From an uncultured Opitutales bacterium (lineage in GTDB: Bacteria > Verrucomicrobiota > Verrucomicrobiia > Opitutales > Coraliomargaritaceae), in NCBI GenBank assembly GCA_937775295.1, contig CALKBZ010000022.1, positions 15,463 through 79,462 on the forward strand: 64,000 nt of DNA, read 5' to 3'. Made by a program: the position numbers and the translations under genes. Of the stretch, positions 58,600-64,000 are shown in pieces. Position 1 is the first letter of the stretch. Each line of letters starts with the position of its first letter. Under the pieces are notes generated by a model. The model was not told the origin of the DNA and made no database searches. It worked only from the letters and a program-made list of their open reading frames with translations.

Positions 58600-58890
58600 T
58601 TAGACGAGGTCGATCTTATCTCCTTCCTTAAGGCTAACAATGGCCTTTTTTAGGCCACCTTTGGTACCAGGACGACCACCACGAGAGCGATCTGCCTTTG
58701 GTTTAGGCTTTCTGTTAAGAATGTTTACTTTGGTTACTGACACGTTGAACACCTTCTCCACTGCACGAGCGACTTCCTTGCGATTAGCGCGAGGGTTCAC
58801 TTCGAAAGTGTATTGGTTCAAGTTAGCGGCAAGGTTTGCAGCCTTCTCAGTAACGCGGAATTCGCGTAGAATAGTATTTGCAATAATCAT
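58600..58890 (-). CDS. rplW: 50S ribosomal protein L23
   Basis: RVTEKAANL...YTFEV...ANRKEVARAVEKVFNV.V..VNIL. The start overlaps the rplD stop by 1 nt (TAATG). Confidence 0.93.
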   Translation of the reverse strand: MIIANTILREFRVTEKAANLAANLNQYTFEVNPRANRKEVARAVEKVFNVSVTKVNILNRKPKPKADRSRGGRPGTKGGLKKAIVSLKEGDKIDLV

Positions 58891-59525
58891 TACTTACTTC
58901 CGTTTGCACGAGCGATGATAGTTTCGATGCCCTTAGCGCTCACAATAATGTGGCGGTAGCGGACAACATCGAGAGTGCTGAGGTTACCTGCTTCAGCGAG
59001 GGAAAGTCCGTCGATGTTGCGAGCAGCCAGTGCAGCATTAGTTTCAAAAGCATCGTCGATAATCAAAACCTTACCGCGCTTAGGAAGCACAGCGGTGAGA
59101 ACCTTGTCGAAAAGCTTAGTCTTAGGCTCTTTTACTTCAAAAGCCTCGATTACAGAAATACCACCGTCTGTTGCGCGATTGAACAACGCACGCCTGAAAG
59201 CAAGTGCTTTCATCTTGGTGTTAATTTTTTGCGAGTAGTCGCGTGGCTTTGGTCCGTGCGCAACACCACCATGGCGTTGATGCGGAACGCGGCGTGAACC
59301 CTGACGAGCCGTACCACTTCCCTTTTGACGGAAAAGCTTCTTACCAGAACCGCTAACCTCAGCGCGCGTCTTGGTGCTCGCATTGCCTTGGCGAAGATTC
59401 GCTTGGTGAGCGATGACTACCTGACGAAGAGCAGCGATGCCCTTATCGTCGGTGAATGCGGGGAACGCTGAGAATTCCTTCTCTTCGCTTTTAGTCCCGT
59501 CAGCTGTGTATACATTGAGTTTCAT
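58890..59525 (-). CDS. rplD: 50S ribosomal protein L4
   Basis: RQGNASTKTRAEVSGSGKKLFRQKGSGTARQGSRRVPHQRHGGVAHGPKPRDY. Confidence 0.95.
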   Translation of the reverse strand: MKLNVYTADGTKSEEKEFSAFPAFTDDKGIAALRQVVIAHQANLRQGNASTKTRAEVSGSGKKLFRQKGSGTARQGSRRVPHQRHGGVAHGPKPRDYSQKINTKMKALAFRRALFNRATDGGISVIEAFEVKEPKTKLFDKVLTAVLPKRGKVLIIDDAFETNAALAARNIDGLSLAEAGNLSTLDVVRYRHIIVSAKGIETIIARANGSK

Positions 59526-59543
59526 CTTAGTATGTCCCTTCGA

Positions 59544-60188
59544 TTACGCCTTATTGGCTTTTGTTTTAATCGCAGTGCGGACGGTGACAAGGCCACCACG
59601 TGAGCCAGGAATGCTGCCCTTAACAAGGATCAGATTCTTTTCGGCAATCACTTTAACAATTACAAGGTTTTGAACAGTGCGCGAAACATCACCCATGTGC
59701 CCTGGCATTTTCTTACCCTTGATAACGTGGCCGGGCCACTGACACATACCATAAGAACCACCACGACGGTGGAACATGGAACCGTGGGATGCAGGACCAC
59801 CAGCAAAACCGTAGCGCTTCACAACACCTTGGAAGCCGCGCCCCTTAGTTGTCGCTATGACGTCAATTTTCTGGCCAGCTTCAAAGTGCTCAACTGTCAG
59901 CACATCGCCGAGGTTGATTTCAGTATCACCGGTAGTGCGGAACTCACTGAGCTCTGCAACCGGCTCAACACCTGCTTTTTTGAAGTGTCCAAGAGCAGCC
60001 TTAGTCAGGCGGTGCTCTTTTTGCTGACGGAAGCCAATTTGAATGGCGTCATATCCGTCCTTCTCAGTCGACTTGACCTGTGTGACCGGGCAAGGACCTG
60101 CTTCGATGACAGTAACAGGAATCAAACGATTTGCATCGTCAAATACCTGCGTCATACCTATCTTTTTACCAAGTAGGGCTATGTTCAT
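59544..60188 (-). CDS. rplC: 50S ribosomal protein L3
   Basis: LLGKKIGMTQVFD...TKGRGFQGVVKRYGFAGGPASHGS.FHRRGGS.G....PG.V.KGKKMPGHMG. Confidence 0.96.
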   Translation of the reverse strand: MNIALLGKKIGMTQVFDDANRLIPVTVIEAGPCPVTQVKSTEKDGYDAIQIGFRQQKEHRLTKAALGHFKKAGVEPVAELSEFRTTGDTEINLGDVLTVEHFEAGQKIDVIATTKGRGFQGVVKRYGFAGGPASHGSMFHRRGGSYGMCQWPGHVIKGKKMPGHMGDVSRTVQNLVIVKVIAEKNLILVKGSIPGSRGGLVTVRTAIKTKANKA

Positions 60189-60199
60189 AATACTAATAG

Positions 60200-60235
60200 G
60201 CAGGTGGAGCGGAGTGCTCCGTTTGCGAGACCTGC
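60200..60235 (-). promoter_or_regulatory. Candidate structured 5' leader element immediately upstream of rplC
   Basis: The minus strand reads GCAGGT CTCGCAAAC GGAGC ACTCC GCTCC ACCTGC. A 6-bp outer stem encloses a 5-bp hairpin, and the structure ends 11 nt before the rplC ATG. The function is inferred only. Confidence 0.3.
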
Positions 60236-60879
60236 GTTAGTGGTTAAAATAAAATGTGATTTATCGCTTCAGATGGGAAGCGAGCGACGGAAAAAAGAGT
60301 TAAATCACAGCCCCGTCAACCCCCTATTTAGAAAAAATGCATTATTTTTTTATACGCGGTACTTTCAACACTCAAAAGCGCGCTGGCCCTCTATATACAT
60401 CCCGCTATATTGAAGCAGATCCACACTAAGTGACATGACATGATCAGTCCTAGCAGTTTCAAACGACCATAATCTGTGCGAAATAAAACTCAGCAGTTTA
60501 AACCACCCGTTTCGCTAAAGCACACGAAGCACATGAAGGGACATACGTACGAGTTGCCCCCTCCGAAGATCCGCCAGAGATCGCACTGGAGCGGAGCCTC
60601 AAGCTTAGACTCAGAATCCATCGCCAATCTCCACCCTCATACCGCAGTCTCCCATTACGGTTGCGAAGCCTTCCACAGCTACTCATAAAGCCGCGCAAAG
60701 CCACAACCTTTTAACCAGAATTGCACGCCCCTCGACCGAATGGACCGCGCACGCAGGTAACATTTAAACATACAACCGATGCCAGTTGAATCCACACTTC
60801 CAATCGTAGCGCGAACCCCTCAGCCTTAAAAATTCGAATCATTATTCCGAAATTTTGAAGCCAGCCAAGCTGACCACAC

Positions 60880-60912
60880 AAAAAACCCGCGCTCTTGCGA
60901 GCACGGGCTTTT
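60880..60912 (-). terminator. Strong intrinsic terminator directly downstream of rpsJ
   Basis: The minus strand reads GCCCGUGCUC-GCAA-GAGCGCGGGU followed by UUUUUU. The stem is perfect on the minus strand (one U-G pair) but has a C-A mismatch on the plus strand. It lies about 40 nt after the rpsJ stop. Confidence 0.85.
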
Positions 60913-60952
60913 GAAAATAAGATCTGGCGCCAAAGGCACCTGCGCGAATTAA

Positions 60953-61261
60953 CTAAACGTTAATCGAGATATCAACACCAGCGGGGAGGTTGAGCTTCTT
61001 TAGCTCGTCCACTGTGGCTGCTGTAGGCTCGATGATGTCGATCAAGCGCTTGTGCGTACGGACTTCGAATTGGTCCATGGACTTTTTATTAACGTGCGGA
61101 GAACGATTCACCGTGAGCATTCCGATGTGAGTCGGAAGTGGCACGGGGCCGGTAACGCGCGCGCCTGAGCGCTTTGCGGTTTCAACGATGTCTGTTGCAG
61201 ACTGGTCGATGACGCGATAATCGAAGCCTTTAAGGCGGATACGGATACGTGGTGTGCTCAT
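60953..61261 (-). CDS. rpsJ: 30S ribosomal protein S10
   Basis: [16 protein letters not shown]...[18 protein letters not shown]...[24 protein letters not shown]. Confidence 0.96.
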   Translation of the reverse strand: MSTPRIRIRLKGFDYRVIDQSATDIVETAKRSGARVTGPVPLPTHIGMLTVNRSPHVNKKSMDQFEVRTHKRLIDIIEPTAATVDELKKLNLPAGVDISINV

Positions 61262-61312
61262 ATATTTAGTTTGGTTAAGGTGTTACTTATGTGATGCTTA
61301 AAAAACGACGGA

Positions 61313-61354
61313 GGATTAAGAATAAGATTAGAATTAAGATTAAGATTATAATCC
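61313..61354. repeat. Seven tandem AT-rich hexamers (AGATTA-type) in the fusA-rpsJ intergenic region
   Basis: The plus strand reads ggatta agaata agatta gaatta agatta agatta taatcc. The first and last units are reverse complements, and the minus strand contains TATAAT at 61345-61350. Confidence 0.8.
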
Positions 61355-61367
61355 AAAATGCCTACGG

Positions 61368-63515
<2,148 letters not shown>

Positions 63516-63559
63516 TGAAATGGACTGGAAAAGAACAGGGGGCGAAGCAGGAACCGAAA

Positions 63560-64000
<441 letters not shown>

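Noticed and set aside
60200-60222. The GCTCCACC string on the gene strand resembles the acceptor/CCA end of a tmRNA or tRNA-like molecule.
   Set aside because: The adjacent hairpin has a 5-nt loop instead of a 7-nt T-loop, the sequence continues TGCC rather than ending in ACCA, and I could find no matching 5' acceptor strand or tag reading frame nearby.
60204-60704. Three ORFs of 68-70 codons (60204..60413 +, 60476..60688 +, 60498..60704 -) in the rpsJ-rplC spacer.
   Set aside because: They mutually overlap or are antisense to each other, their composition is implausible (Arg/Ser/His-rich, no recognisable motif), and none is positioned as an operon member. I treat the region as non-coding pending RNA evidence.

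Overview
This 64-kb bacterial chromosomal window is mostly housekeeping. GC looks moderate by eye but was not computed. Bases 45.2-64.0 kb, all on the minus strand, hold the str/S10/spc/alpha ribosomal-protein supercluster: rpsG (partial), fusA, rpsJ, rplC through rplQ, plus secY, map and rpoA. The first 45 kb carries a partial AsmA-like gene and a photolyase/SDR/FAD-oxidoreductase trio. It also has a nitroreductase, a phospho-sugar mutase plus UAP-type UDP-sugar pyrophosphorylase pair, ftsB, one tRNA-Arg(CCT), recQ, a lone rpsR and tsaC/sua5. An IS66-family insertion sequence follows, then a polysaccharide-export module (Wzc-like kinase, Wza-like, beta-barrel OMP, TPR protein). The rest comprises hisC, a CNNM/CorC protein, an RmlD-like reductase, an LplA-like ligase, a FabZ-like/DUF2071 pair, dnaE, a HAD hydrolase and an exosortase-family protein. 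After those come smc, a LOG-family protein, an O-antigen-ligase-like protein, kpsF, a rhomboid protease and a small AsmA/DUF748-like protein. I found no CRISPR array, defence island, prophage or toxin system. The most unusual sequence-level observations are four. (1) Three near-identical 106-bp tandem repeats sit directly 3' of tRNA-Arg(CCT), and each re-creates the tRNA 3' end. (2) A signal-peptide protein gene is inserted between rpsS and rplV. (3) A 764-bp non-coding spacer with a strong intrinsic terminator splits rpsJ from rplC. (4) The IS66 element has clear inverted repeats, but its transposase frame is broken only by two in-frame stop codons. The gene content would fit a PVC/Verrucomicrobiota-like organism, but this is a guess I cannot verify. 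All functional calls rest on motif recognition in the supplied translations; no database search was run.
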